Shown here in pieces: positions 47,429 through 56,090 of a DNA stretch of 64,000 nt. The stretch is from contig CAZPQW010000007.1 in assembly GCA_964588985.1 (NCBI GenBank), positions 44,219 to 108,218 of the forward strand. The letters run 5' to 3'. The notes beneath the pieces are model-generated. The model saw nothing but the letters and a program-made list of their open reading frames with translations, was not told the origin of the DNA and did not search any database. A program made the translations under genes and the position numbers. This DNA is from an uncultured Solirubrobacteraceae bacterium (GTDB taxonomy: Bacteria; Actinomycetota; Thermoleophilia; Solirubrobacterales; Solirubrobacteraceae). Within the stretch, counting starts at the first letter, position 1, and each line of letters opens with the position of its first letter.

Positions 47429-48547
47429 ATGAGCAACCGTGTCAAGCGTCGACTGCTGGTTGTCAGTCACCCGGCCGTCGTGAGCGTCAACCAGGAGGTC
47501 TACCGCGAGCTGGCGCACAGGGGATGGGATGTGAAGATCGTGCTACCGAGTCGCTGGGGTCACTCCTATTCCACAGGAGCGGTGCTCCCCAAGCCACTGC
47601 CCGGAATGGAGGCCGCGCTGCTGCCGACCCGCGTCGCGTTTCGCGGGCGTCCGCAACGCCACTTCTACCTCACCAGCTGCCGCGCCCTGTGCACGCGACT
47701 GCGTCCCGACGTCGCGTTCGTGGAGGCCGAGCCGTACTCGCTGTCGGCGGCGCAATGGGGTCGAACGTTCACAAAGCTACGCATACCGTTCGGGGTTCAG
47801 TGCTACGAGAACATCGATCGCGGCCTTCCCGCTCCGGTGCGTCGCCTGCGCTCGCGGGTCCTGCGCGACGCGGCCTTCGTGGCCGCCCGATCGGATACGG
47901 CGGGGCGCCTCGCGCGCGCATGGGGCGCACGCGGTGAGATCGAGCTCGCCCCGCCCGCGGTCCCGAACTGGGAGACCGCGCCCGAGACCTCGGAGCACCC
48001 TTTCACGGTCGGATTCGCGGGTCGACTGATCGAGAGCAAGGGCCTCGTCGACCTGCTCGAGGCCGTGCGCGGACTGGACGCTCCGGTGGAGCTGCTGCTG
48101 CTCGGCGACGGCGAGCTGCGCGAGCGCCTCGACGGACAGCCGATTCCCGGATCGCGGGTGCGCGTGGTCAACGGCCTGACCCACGAGCAGATGGCGGGCG
48201 CATACGCCAAGCTGGACGTGCTCGTGCTGCCCTCGCACACGACCGCCACGTGGAAGGAGCAGTTCGGGCGGGTGATCGTGGAGGCGCTGTGGTGCGGCGT
48301 GCCGGTGGTGGGCTCGAACTCGGGCGAGATCCCCTGGCTGATCGGGCTGACCGAAGGGGGACTGGTCTTCCCCGAGGGCGACCGCGAGGCGCTGCGCACG
48401 CATCTGCTCACCCTGCGCGAATCGCCCGCCCTGCGCGAGCAGCTCGCGAGCGCCGGCCGCGCGACGGTCGAGAGGCTGTTCTCGGTGGCTTCCGCCACCG
48501 ACCCGCTGGAGCGCATGCTCGTGCACGCCGCGGAGTCGCGTGGCTAG
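47429..48547 (+). CDS. GT4 glycosyltransferase
   Basis: GRL...KG and WKEQFGRV.VEA..CG.PVVGS.SGEIP. Confidence 0.92.
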   Translation: MSNRVKRRLLVVSHPAVVSVNQEVYRELAHRGWDVKIVLPSRWGHSYSTGAVLPKPLPGMEAALLPTRVAFRGRPQRHFYLTSCRALCTRLRPDVAFVEAEPYSLSAAQWGRTFTKLRIPFGVQCYENIDRGLPAPVRRLRSRVLRDAAFVAARSDTAGRLARAWGARGEIELAPPAVPNWETAPETSEHPFTVGFAGRLIESKGLVDLLEAVRGLDAPVELLLLGDGELRERLDGQPIPGSRVRVVNGLTHEQMAGAYAKLDVLVLPSHTTATWKEQFGRVIVEALWCGVPVVGSNSGEIPWLIGLTEGGLVFPEGDREALRTHLLTLRESPALREQLASAGRATVERLFSVASATDPLERMLVHAAESRG

Positions 48548-50817
48548 ACGACGGCCTGCCGGGCGAGGCGCTCGTACAACGCCTCGTGCTTGGCCACCGC
48601 GTCGTCCCAGGTAAACGCGAGCGCCGAGCTGCGAGCGGCCGCGCCGAGCCGCCTCCTCAACTCAGGGTCGGCGGCGAGCTCGTTCAGGCGAGCGGCGACG
48701 CCGGCGGGCTCGACCTCGATCAGGAAGCCATTCTCGCCGTCGCGAATCAGCTCACGCACCCCGTTGACGGGCGTCGCGAGCACCGGCAGCCCGCTGGCCG
48801 CGGCCTCGAAGGTGACCAGCGAGAACGTCTCGTAGCTCGACGGCAGCACGAACGCGTCGGCCAGCTTGTAGACAGCGTGGACGTCGCTCACCACGCCCAG
48901 CCAGTGGATCGCGCCGCCCACCCCGAGCGAGTCCGCCAGCTCCTGATAGGAGTCCCTGTCCCCCGCCCCCGCCACCGCGAGATCCCACTCGGGCGCGAGC
49001 GCGAGCGCTTCGATCGCGCAGCGAAGTCCCTTGCGTCCCCACTCGCCGCCCACGAACGCGGCCACGAGGCGCTCCGCGGGGATGCCCAGCTTCGCACGCG
49101 CGGCGGCCCGCGACTCGCCGTCGCCGACCGCGGGCGAGAACGAGTCCGTATCCACGCCGTTGTGAATCGTCACCACGTTGCCGGCTATCTGTGGATAGTG
49201 CGCGCGCATCTCCTCGGCCAACCCCTCCGAGACGCACACGTAGGTGGCGCTGGGGTTCACACGAACGCACAGCCGCTCGGCTGCCCGCTTGACGAGCCCG
49301 CCGAGAGCCAGGTTGCATCTCTGCAGGAGCGACAGACGCGTGGGCGCCGTCCGCCGGTGCGCCGCGTGACAGAAGTGAATCGCGACCGTGTCCACTGGAT
49401 TCAGGACGATCGCGCCGGTGGCCTGCACGACTCCGTCCCGCCACCTCCACACGGCCAGCGAGCCGGCCAGCATGAACCACGCGTAGAACAGGAGAAACGG
49501 GCGCCGAGGGCCGGGGACGCGATGGAATCTCACACCCGAGCCGGCGGGCAGCACGCACGTGCGGGCGATCACCGTGACCGCGTGTCCGCGGCGTCGCAGG
49601 CCCATCACGAGCTCGACCAGCTGGCGCTCCATGCCGCCGACGGCGCCGATGTCGTGGGCGACGATCGTCACCGGGCAGGGCGCCGCCGTGTTCGGCGAGG
49701 CGGTCGCACCGTCGTTCACCAGCTGCGCGAGCGCTTCCATTTCAGAGAAGAAGCGCGTACGCATAGCAATATCGGTGAATTGCCGTGTGAATCGTTCGTG
49801 ACCGGCTCGGGCCATATCGCGACGCCGCCGCGGCGAAGTCAGCAGTGTCTCGAGCGCGTCCGCCAGCGCCTCGGGCTCGCCCGAGCGTGCGAGCACGCCG
49901 GTGCGCTGGTCCTCGACGATCTCCGCCGGTCCGCCACGGTTCACGGCCAGCACAGCCACCTCGCGTGCCATGCCCTCCAGCAGGACGATGCCGAACGGCT
50001 CCGGATCGGATGCGTTGACGAGGATGTCCATGCGGTCGATGTACGGCCCCGCGTCCGGCACCTGGCCCGTCATCGTCACCGAGCCCTCGAGGCCCAGGGC
50101 GCTGACGAGCCCGGGCAGCGCGCGGGCGTAGTCGGGTGAGAGGCCGTGCGCGTCGCCTCCCACGATCAGCGTGTGCGTCGGATGACCCCGCTCGCGCAGG
50201 AGAGCCTGTGCGCGGAGGAGGCGATCCTGCCCCTTCCAGGGCTGCAGGCGTCCGACTATGCCGATCACAGGCACCCCATCCGGGATCTCGAGCGGCGGGG
50301 TCTCCGCGCTCGGCTCAGGGACACGCGCTCCGGGGGCCACGACGAAGGTCTGCCGTGACGGCCACATCCGCGCCTGCGCCTCGGCGGAGGCTCGCGAGGA
50401 AGCACCGACGGCGACCGCCGGCAGCACTGTGGCGCAGCGGTCGAGCCAGTGCCGCCTGGGTATGTCATGCTGCCACCACACCAGACGATCGCCCATGCCA
50501 GCGAGAACCGCGGCGGGCGCAGAGTACAGGTGGGCCTTGCCCATCCAGTTGAGGATCAGGTCCGGCTGACGTGCGCGCATGATGCGCGCCAGGCGTGCGA
50601 CGGTCTGCACAGCGCGGTGGAGTTGGCGTAGCTGACCCGCCGGCAGGACCTCAACATCGAAGCCCGCGTCGCTCAGATCCGCCGGCCACCGACCGGGCTC
50701 CAAAAACACCAGCTCAAACTCATGTCCTGCCCCCTGCGCTCCATCGAGCACCATCTGCAGCATCTCCTCGGCGCCGCCGAGGCGCTCTCCCCACGGCACC
50801 GTTATGAGCAGACGCAT
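48544..50817 (-). CDS. Tandem double-GT4 fusion protein
   Basis: Module 1: GGAE, WKGQ, EPFG...LEGMA. Module 2: GGME, RKG, ETFSLV.FEAAASG.P. Confidence 0.9.
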   Translation of the reverse strand: MRLLITVPWGERLGGAEEMLQMVLDGAQGAGHEFELVFLEPGRWPADLSDAGFDVEVLPAGQLRQLHRAVQTVARLARIMRARQPDLILNWMGKAHLYSAPAAVLAGMGDRLVWWQHDIPRRHWLDRCATVLPAVAVGASSRASAEAQARMWPSRQTFVVAPGARVPEPSAETPPLEIPDGVPVIGIVGRLQPWKGQDRLLRAQALLRERGHPTHTLIVGGDAHGLSPDYARALPGLVSALGLEGSVTMTGQVPDAGPYIDRMDILVNASDPEPFGIVLLEGMAREVAVLAVNRGGPAEIVEDQRTGVLARSGEPEALADALETLLTSPRRRRDMARAGHERFTRQFTDIAMRTRFFSEMEALAQLVNDGATASPNTAAPCPVTIVAHDIGAVGGMERQLVELVMGLRRRGHAVTVIARTCVLPAGSGVRFHRVPGPRRPFLLFYAWFMLAGSLAVWRWRDGVVQATGAIVLNPVDTVAIHFCHAAHRRTAPTRLSLLQRCNLALGGLVKRAAERLCVRVNPSATYVCVSEGLAEEMRAHYPQIAGNVVTIHNGVDTDSFSPAVGDGESRAAARAKLGIPAERLVAAFVGGEWGRKGLRCAIEALALAPEWDLAVAGAGDRDSYQELADSLGVGGAIHWLGVVSDVHAVYKLADAFVLPSSYETFSLVTFEAAASGLPVLATPVNGVRELIRDGENGFLIEVEPAGVAARLNELAADPELRRRLGAAARSSALAFTWDDAVAKHEALYERLARQAVV

Positions 50818-50960
50818 CGAATATCCCCAGCAATTATCGGGGTTCCGGCGTCAGCAGGGCGCCCGTCATCGATCGCGGCGCGCGGGTGTCCATGATCACC
50901 GCACGAGGTTATCCGAGAAATAACCACAAAACCGCTCGCGCGCGCTATTGTCAAGTCGTC

Positions 50961-52139
50961 ATGTTTCGTTTCGCACAAGACAATGACCCCGAGTTCACGC
51001 TGACCCACCGCCCCGCGCCGACGCCAGGCCTGGCGTCGAAGAGCGTGGCCCTCGCGCACGACTACCTGCTGGTGATGCGCGGAGCGGAGCGGACGTTCGC
51101 GGCGATCGCCGAGCTGTTCCCGCAGGCGCCGATCTTCACGCTGCTCTACGACGAGCCGGGGACGGGCGGGCGCTTCGCCGGTCGCTCGATCGCTACCTCT
51201 CCGTTGCAGCGCCTGGGCGTCAGCCAGGCGACGTTCAGACGCCTGCTGCCGCTCTATCCGATCGCGGTCGAGCGGCTGCACGTGCCGTCCTGCGACGTGG
51301 TGCTCAGCAGCAGCAGCGCTTTCGCCCACGGGGTGCGCGCGCCCGAGGGCGCGGTTCACGTCTGCTACTGCTACACCCCGTTTCGCTACGCCTGGTACGA
51401 GGAGGATCGCGCCGTGGCGGAGACCTCGCCCGCGCTCAGGCGACTGCTGCGCAGCCAGCTGCGCCGGGTGCGCCGCTGGGATCTCGCCGCGAGCGGTCGG
51501 GTGGACGCCTATATCGCCATCTCCCAGCTCAGCCGCGAACGAATCAAGCGCTACTACGGCCGCGACGCCGCCGTCGTACACCCGCCCGTGGAGACCCACC
51601 GCTTCTCCGAGGGCAACCCAGGCGACGCGCTGCTGATCGTCTCCGAGCTGGTCCGGCACAAGCGCCTGCACATCGCCCTCGAGGCCGCGCGTCGCGCGCA
51701 CGCGCCGGTTCGCGTCGTGGGCAGCGGCCCCGATCACCTCGCGCTCGAAGAGGCCTTCCCCGAGGCGGAGTTCCTGGGACGCGCGAACGACGACGAGCTC
51801 GCGCGACTGTACGCGGAAGCCCGTGCGGTGGTCGTGCCGAGCATGGAGGAGTTCGGCATCGTCGCGGTCGAGGCCCAGGCGGCCGGACGACCGGTGATCG
51901 CCGCCGCCGCGGGCGGCGCCCTGGAGACCGTGATCGACGGGAAGACCGGCCTGCTTGCCAAGCTCGATCACGTCGACTCGTTCGCGAGCGCGATCGAACG
52001 GATCGACGGCATCGACTTCGACCCGCGGAGCGCGAAAGAGAACGCCGAGCGCTTCTCCGTGGACGCGTTCAAGCGTCGCCTGTCCGAGCACATCACCCTG
52101 GCGGTCGAGAGTCGCCAGGAGCGCGCTTTTTCAGCTTGA
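50961..52139 (+). CDS. GT4 glycosyltransferase (WbaZ-like mannosyltransferase type)
   Basis: AHDYL...RGAER, SSS.AFAHG, CY.YTP.RYAW and EEFGIV.VEAQAAG. Start uncertain. Confidence 0.88.
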   Translation: MFRFAQDNDPEFTLTHRPAPTPGLASKSVALAHDYLLVMRGAERTFAAIAELFPQAPIFTLLYDEPGTGGRFAGRSIATSPLQRLGVSQATFRRLLPLYPIAVERLHVPSCDVVLSSSSAFAHGVRAPEGAVHVCYCYTPFRYAWYEEDRAVAETSPALRRLLRSQLRRVRRWDLAASGRVDAYIAISQLSRERIKRYYGRDAAVVHPPVETHRFSEGNPGDALLIVSELVRHKRLHIALEAARRAHAPVRVVGSGPDHLALEEAFPEAEFLGRANDDELARLYAEARAVVVPSMEEFGIVAVEAQAAGRPVIAAAAGGALETVIDGKTGLLAKLDHVDSFASAIERIDGIDFDPRSAKENAERFSVDAFKRRLSEHITLAVESRQERAFSA

Positions 52140-52905
52140 CCACCTGGTGGTAGCTGAGAGTCCCGGCGCCAAGACGCTGTAGCGCGTCGTCGCTCCTCGC
52201 GAGGGCTCTGGACACGAGCGGCCAGCGGTAGCGGAGCACGTTGCGGTCGAAGATCCGCAGGAAGCGCATTTCGCCGGACACGAGCTCTACCGGTCCGATC
52301 CACTGCTCGAGCACACGCAGGTCCGAGCGTTCCAGCGGGCGCTCGTCCTCGGAGCCGTAGCTGGCGACCCCCGCGCGCCCGACGAGCTTGCGCCTGGAGA
52401 AGTTCAGCAGCGGGTTGAGGCCCATCGTCTCGACGAAGCCGCCCCGCCCACCCGGACGCAGGATGTCGTTGAAGATCGGCGCGATGACGTTCAGGTCGAC
52501 GTGGTGAAGCGCGTAGTGGCCGACGATCGCGTCGAAGCTCTCCGGCGGGAACGTGGTGTGCGTCAGCTCACCGGCGATGAACTCCACCTCCAGCCCGGCC
52601 CGCTCGGCGAGCTCCCGGCCGCGGCGCACCGAGGCAGGGCTGATGTCGATGGCGGTGACGATCGCGCCCCGCTGAGCCAGGAACGCCGCGGTCACGCCCG
52701 CGCCACACGCGAAGTCGAGCACGCGGCGCCCGCGCACCGGCTCGACCGCGTCGAGCATCGCCCTCGTGTTCGCATCCGGTCCCGCCTCGTACTTGCTCAG
52801 CAGGCGCTCCAGGCGCGGCACGTGCGCGTCCCAGAACGCCTGCTCGCGAGCGCCGACCTCCTCCGTCGCGCCATTGTGCGAGCCAGTTGGCGAGGCGCCT
52901 TCCAT
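52093..52905 (-). CDS. Class I SAM-dependent methyltransferase
   Basis: VLDFACGAG, IDIS, FD.I....LHH and LRPGG. Confidence 0.88.
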   Translation of the reverse strand: MEGASPTGSHNGATEEVGAREQAFWDAHVPRLERLLSKYEAGPDANTRAMLDAVEPVRGRRVLDFACGAGVTAAFLAQRGAIVTAIDISPASVRRGRELAERAGLEVEFIAGELTHTTFPPESFDAIVGHYALHHVDLNVIAPIFNDILRPGGRGGFVETMGLNPLLNFSRRKLVGRAGVASYGSEDERPLERSDLRVLEQWIGPVELVSGEMRFLRIFDRNVLRYRWPLVSRALARSDDALQRLGAGTLSYHQVVKLKKRAPGDSRPPG

Positions 52906-52941
52906 GATCGTCCGAATACCCGCGGCGCCGCTGCGAGATGC

Positions 52942-54483
52942 CTAGAGCCCGCGGCGCCCGAGCACGTGCGGGACCGTGCGCAGCAGGATCTTGACGTCGG
53001 TCCACAGCGACCAGTTGGCCACGTACAGGTAGTCGATCGCCACCATCTCCTTGAGCGGCACTCGGGCCGGTCCGAGGATCTGCCACGGGCCGGTCATCCC
53101 GGGCGTCAGCTCCAGCCGCCGGCGGTGCCACCCCTCGACCTGCTGATCCTCCTCCACCACCAACGGCCGTGGCCCCACGAGGCTCATCTCGCCGCGCACG
53201 ATGTTCAGCATCTGCGGCAGCTCGTCGAGAGCGCTGCGGCGCAGCAGTCGACCGACGCGCGTCACGCGCGGGTCCTCGGCGATCTTGAACAGCCCCTCCG
53301 CCGCCTCGTTGCGATCGCGCAGCGAGTCCTTCAGCGCCTCCGCGTCGGGCACCATGGTGCGGAACTTGAACATCCCGAAGCGCTTGCCGTGACGGCCGAC
53401 GCGCTGCTGGCGGAAGAACACCGGTCCGCGACTGTCGAGCTTGATCGCGATCGCGATCGCCACCAGCACGGGAGAGACCGCGAGCAGGCCCAGCGACGCG
53501 CCGAGAAGATCGAACGCGCGTTTGAACGCGGCCGAGGAGCGCGTCAGGTCGAAGCGCCGGACGCCCATCACGGTCACCCCGTGCAGGTCGTCGAACTCGA
53601 CCGAGGAGCCGACCACCTCGAGCAGGCGCGGCAGCACGCTAACGCGAACCCCGACCGCCTTGAGCGTGCGCACCAGGTTCAGCATCTCCCCCGCGTCGGC
53701 GCTGCGCGGAGCGATGATCGCGCGGTGCACGTCGAGCGTCTGGGCGAGATCGCGGACCTCCGCCAGGCGCGGCTCGGAGAAGCTGTCGGTCGACCACGGT
53801 GCGACCTTGTCCAGATCGAGGTGCGCCACCACCTCGGCCTTCACGCCACCGTGATCGACGAGCTTGGAGCGAATCGTCTCCGCCGAGAGGTCGTCGCCGA
53901 TCAGCAGACATCGCTCCACGGGCGCCATCCGCAACGCGAGCGCGCGCGACGTTGCGCGCGCCATCACCAGGCCGACCGCGAGCGCCAGCCACAGGAACAG
54001 AGCCTCGTGACGGTCCAGCACGCCGCGCACCATCAACCCACCGGTGAGCCACGCCACCAGCGCGCACAGCGTCGCCAGCTGGAACAGCTTCGGCGTCTCG
54101 TCCAGCGTGGTCTTGCGCAGCAGCGTTTCGTCGCGGTCGTAGAGACCGGTGAGCTTCGCGCACACGACCAGGATCGGCAGTCCCGCGATCCCCACCCACG
54201 TCAGCTGCAGCGAGCGGTGCGACAGGGCGACGGTCAGTACGAACGCGACGACGATCGCCACCACGTCCGCCAGCAGCAGCATGCGACGGAACATCGCGTC
54301 ACGCCGTTTGCAGGCTTCCGGTCCGCGAACCTCCGCGATCCCCGATGCCAACCCCCCACGTCGAGACGCCAACCCCAGGAACCCATTCGACCCCGCAAGC
54401 GGAGCAGGTCCCAGCTGCGCGCCCCTCTCGAGTCCGCTACCCGTCTCGACACTCATCGCGCTCATCGCCTCCTTGCTCGCCAC
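52942..54483 (-). CDS. Priming polyprenyl-phosphate sugar-1-phosphate transferase (WcaJ/CpsE type)
   Basis: KRAFD, KFRTM, DPRVT.VG..LRR..LDELPQ..N...GEMSLVGPRP and PGMTG.WQ. Confidence 0.95.
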   Translation of the reverse strand: MASKEAMSAMSVETGSGLERGAQLGPAPLAGSNGFLGLASRRGGLASGIAEVRGPEACKRRDAMFRRMLLLADVVAIVVAFVLTVALSHRSLQLTWVGIAGLPILVVCAKLTGLYDRDETLLRKTTLDETPKLFQLATLCALVAWLTGGLMVRGVLDRHEALFLWLALAVGLVMARATSRALALRMAPVERCLLIGDDLSAETIRSKLVDHGGVKAEVVAHLDLDKVAPWSTDSFSEPRLAEVRDLAQTLDVHRAIIAPRSADAGEMLNLVRTLKAVGVRVSVLPRLLEVVGSSVEFDDLHGVTVMGVRRFDLTRSSAAFKRAFDLLGASLGLLAVSPVLVAIAIAIKLDSRGPVFFRQQRVGRHGKRFGMFKFRTMVPDAEALKDSLRDRNEAAEGLFKIAEDPRVTRVGRLLRRSALDELPQMLNIVRGEMSLVGPRPLVVEEDQQVEGWHRRRLELTPGMTGPWQILGPARVPLKEMVAIDYLYVANWSLWTDVKILLRTVPHVLGRRGL

Positions 54484-54637
54484 GTCCCCATATGCTGATC
54501 CAAGCGCCTCGAACAGATGTCGAGATCCCGTGACCGCCCCTAACGCTTTCGCCGTCGCATCATAAACATGAGCTGGACCTAAAGCAAGGTCTCTGACTGG
54601 ACTTGCAAGAAGCTCTCATGTCCCGCATGCTGCAACC

Positions 54638-55576
54638 GTGCACATAGATCCCTACATCGTCCTGGGCAGCGCCGTCGTCGGCTTCATGGTCGGGATGACG
54701 GGCGCCGGCGGAGGCGCCCTGATGACACCGATGCTGATCCTGTTGTTTGGTGTCAAGCCCTCGGCCGCGATCTCCAGCGATCTCGTCGCCGCGGTGATCA
54801 TGCGCCCCGTCGGAGCCGGCGTGCACCTGCGCAAAGGGACCGTCAACCGCGGCCTCGTGGGCTGGATGGTGCTCGGCTCGGTGCCGATGGCGTTCCTCGG
54901 CTCCTACCTGCTGCAACAGATGGGCCATGCCAAGTCGGCGCAGCACAACATCGAGACCGCGCTCGGCGCGGCGCTGCTGCTGGGGGCCGCGGCGATGGTG
55001 CTGCGATATGTGCTCGACAGTCGCTCCCAGAGCGAGCGCACGAGCGCCGTGCACGAGATCGTGCCGCACAAGCTGCGCACCATCGGCATCGGCATGGTCG
55101 GCGGGATCATCGTCGGGATGACGTCCGTCGGCTCGGGCTCGCTGATGATCATCCTGCTGCTCTTCCTCTACCCCACGATCGGCGCCAAGCAGCTCGTCGG
55201 CACCGACCTCGCCCAAGCCGTCCCGCTGACGACCGCGGCCGCGCTCGGCGCGCTGGCCTTCGGTCACGTCGAATTCGGCGTGACCACCTCCCTGATCATC
55301 GGCAGCGTGCCCGCGGTGCTGATCGGCTCGATGCTCTCCTCGAGCGCGCCCGACCGCTACATCAGGCCTGTGATCACGTTCGTCGTGGCCGCATCGGGCC
55401 TCAAGTACGTCGGCGTCGGCACGACCGCGCTCGGCTGGATCCTGGTTGCGACGCTGTTCGCGGTCGGCTCGGGATGGCTGATCCGCACGCGGCCTTGGCG
55501 CGCCACGAGCTCTCGACGCGTCACGCCTGACGTCGCGCGCACGGTCGATCCCACCGTGCAGCCCGAGACGGATTAG
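54638..55576 (+). CDS. TauE/SafE family sulfite/anion exporter
   Basis: G..VGMTG.GGG..MTP and VGMTSVGSG repeats; LVGTD. Confidence 0.88.
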   Translation: MHIDPYIVLGSAVVGFMVGMTGAGGGALMTPMLILLFGVKPSAAISSDLVAAVIMRPVGAGVHLRKGTVNRGLVGWMVLGSVPMAFLGSYLLQQMGHAKSAQHNIETALGAALLLGAAAMVLRYVLDSRSQSERTSAVHEIVPHKLRTIGIGMVGGIIVGMTSVGSGSLMIILLLFLYPTIGAKQLVGTDLAQAVPLTTAAALGALAFGHVEFGVTTSLIIGSVPAVLIGSMLSSSAPDRYIRPVITFVVAASGLKYVGVGTTALGWILVATLFAVGSGWLIRTRPWRATSSRRVTPDVARTVDPTVQPETD

Positions 55577-55579
55577 CGC

Positions 55580-55604
55580 AACGTCCGCGCTGGACGTTTG
55601 TTCT
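55580..55604 (+). terminator. Possible terminator after tauE
   Basis: AACGTCC-gcgct-GGACGTT followed by TGTTCT. Confidence 0.4.
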
Positions 55605-55620
55605 AACCAGTGCCCGGGAA

Positions 55621-55648
55621 TCAAGAGAAAGGGCACTCCGTCCGATAT
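55621..55648 (+). promoter_or_regulatory. Sigma28-like promoter
   Basis: TCAAG-N15-TCCGATAT upstream of the small ORF at 55706. Confidence 0.5.
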
Positions 55649-55705
55649 GACGAATATACCGTTACGGTCGCGCGCAAAGTCGGACCGGTCACGGCACCCA
55701 AAGAC

Positions 55706-55960
55706 ATGATCTTCGTCCTGATACTCATCGCCTGGCTCACAATCGTCGCGATCATCGTGAACGCGTGCCGCTCGGCCGCACGCGGCGACGAGCTCCTCTC
55801 GCGGGAGGCCCACGACGCACCGCGTCGTCGCGCCACCGGCGCCCTCTGGCAGGATGGCCCCGGCCTCACCGGCGCCCACCAGCTCCGCCTCGCGCACGTC
55901 GGCGACTTCCCCCGCCGCGGCTCACGAGCACGCGGCAGCCGCTGCGCGACCGGCTCCTGA
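55706..55960 (+). CDS. Small single-pass membrane protein (W..I....C..AARGD type)
   Basis: MIFVLILIAWLTIVAIIVNACRSAARGD; similar to 16958..17173. Confidence 0.6.
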   Translation: MIFVLILIAWLTIVAIIVNACRSAARGDELLSREAHDAPRRRATGALWQDGPGLTGAHQLRLAHVGDFPRRGSRARGSRCATGS

Positions 55961-56090
55961 CTAAGGTTCTAAACGAGAGAGGCCGACCCGCTCGATGCTC
56001 GAGCCGGCCGGCCATTGATCTCTCGTCCTGCCCGCCGGCCGTCGCACCGAGGGGACACCACGGTGCGACGACCAGCAGATCTGATCTGGC

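Noticed and set aside
52093-52139. 47-bp convergent overlap (also 7662-7680 and 34918-34934)
   Set aside because: Short 3' overlaps are common in compact GC-rich genomes; no evidence of function.
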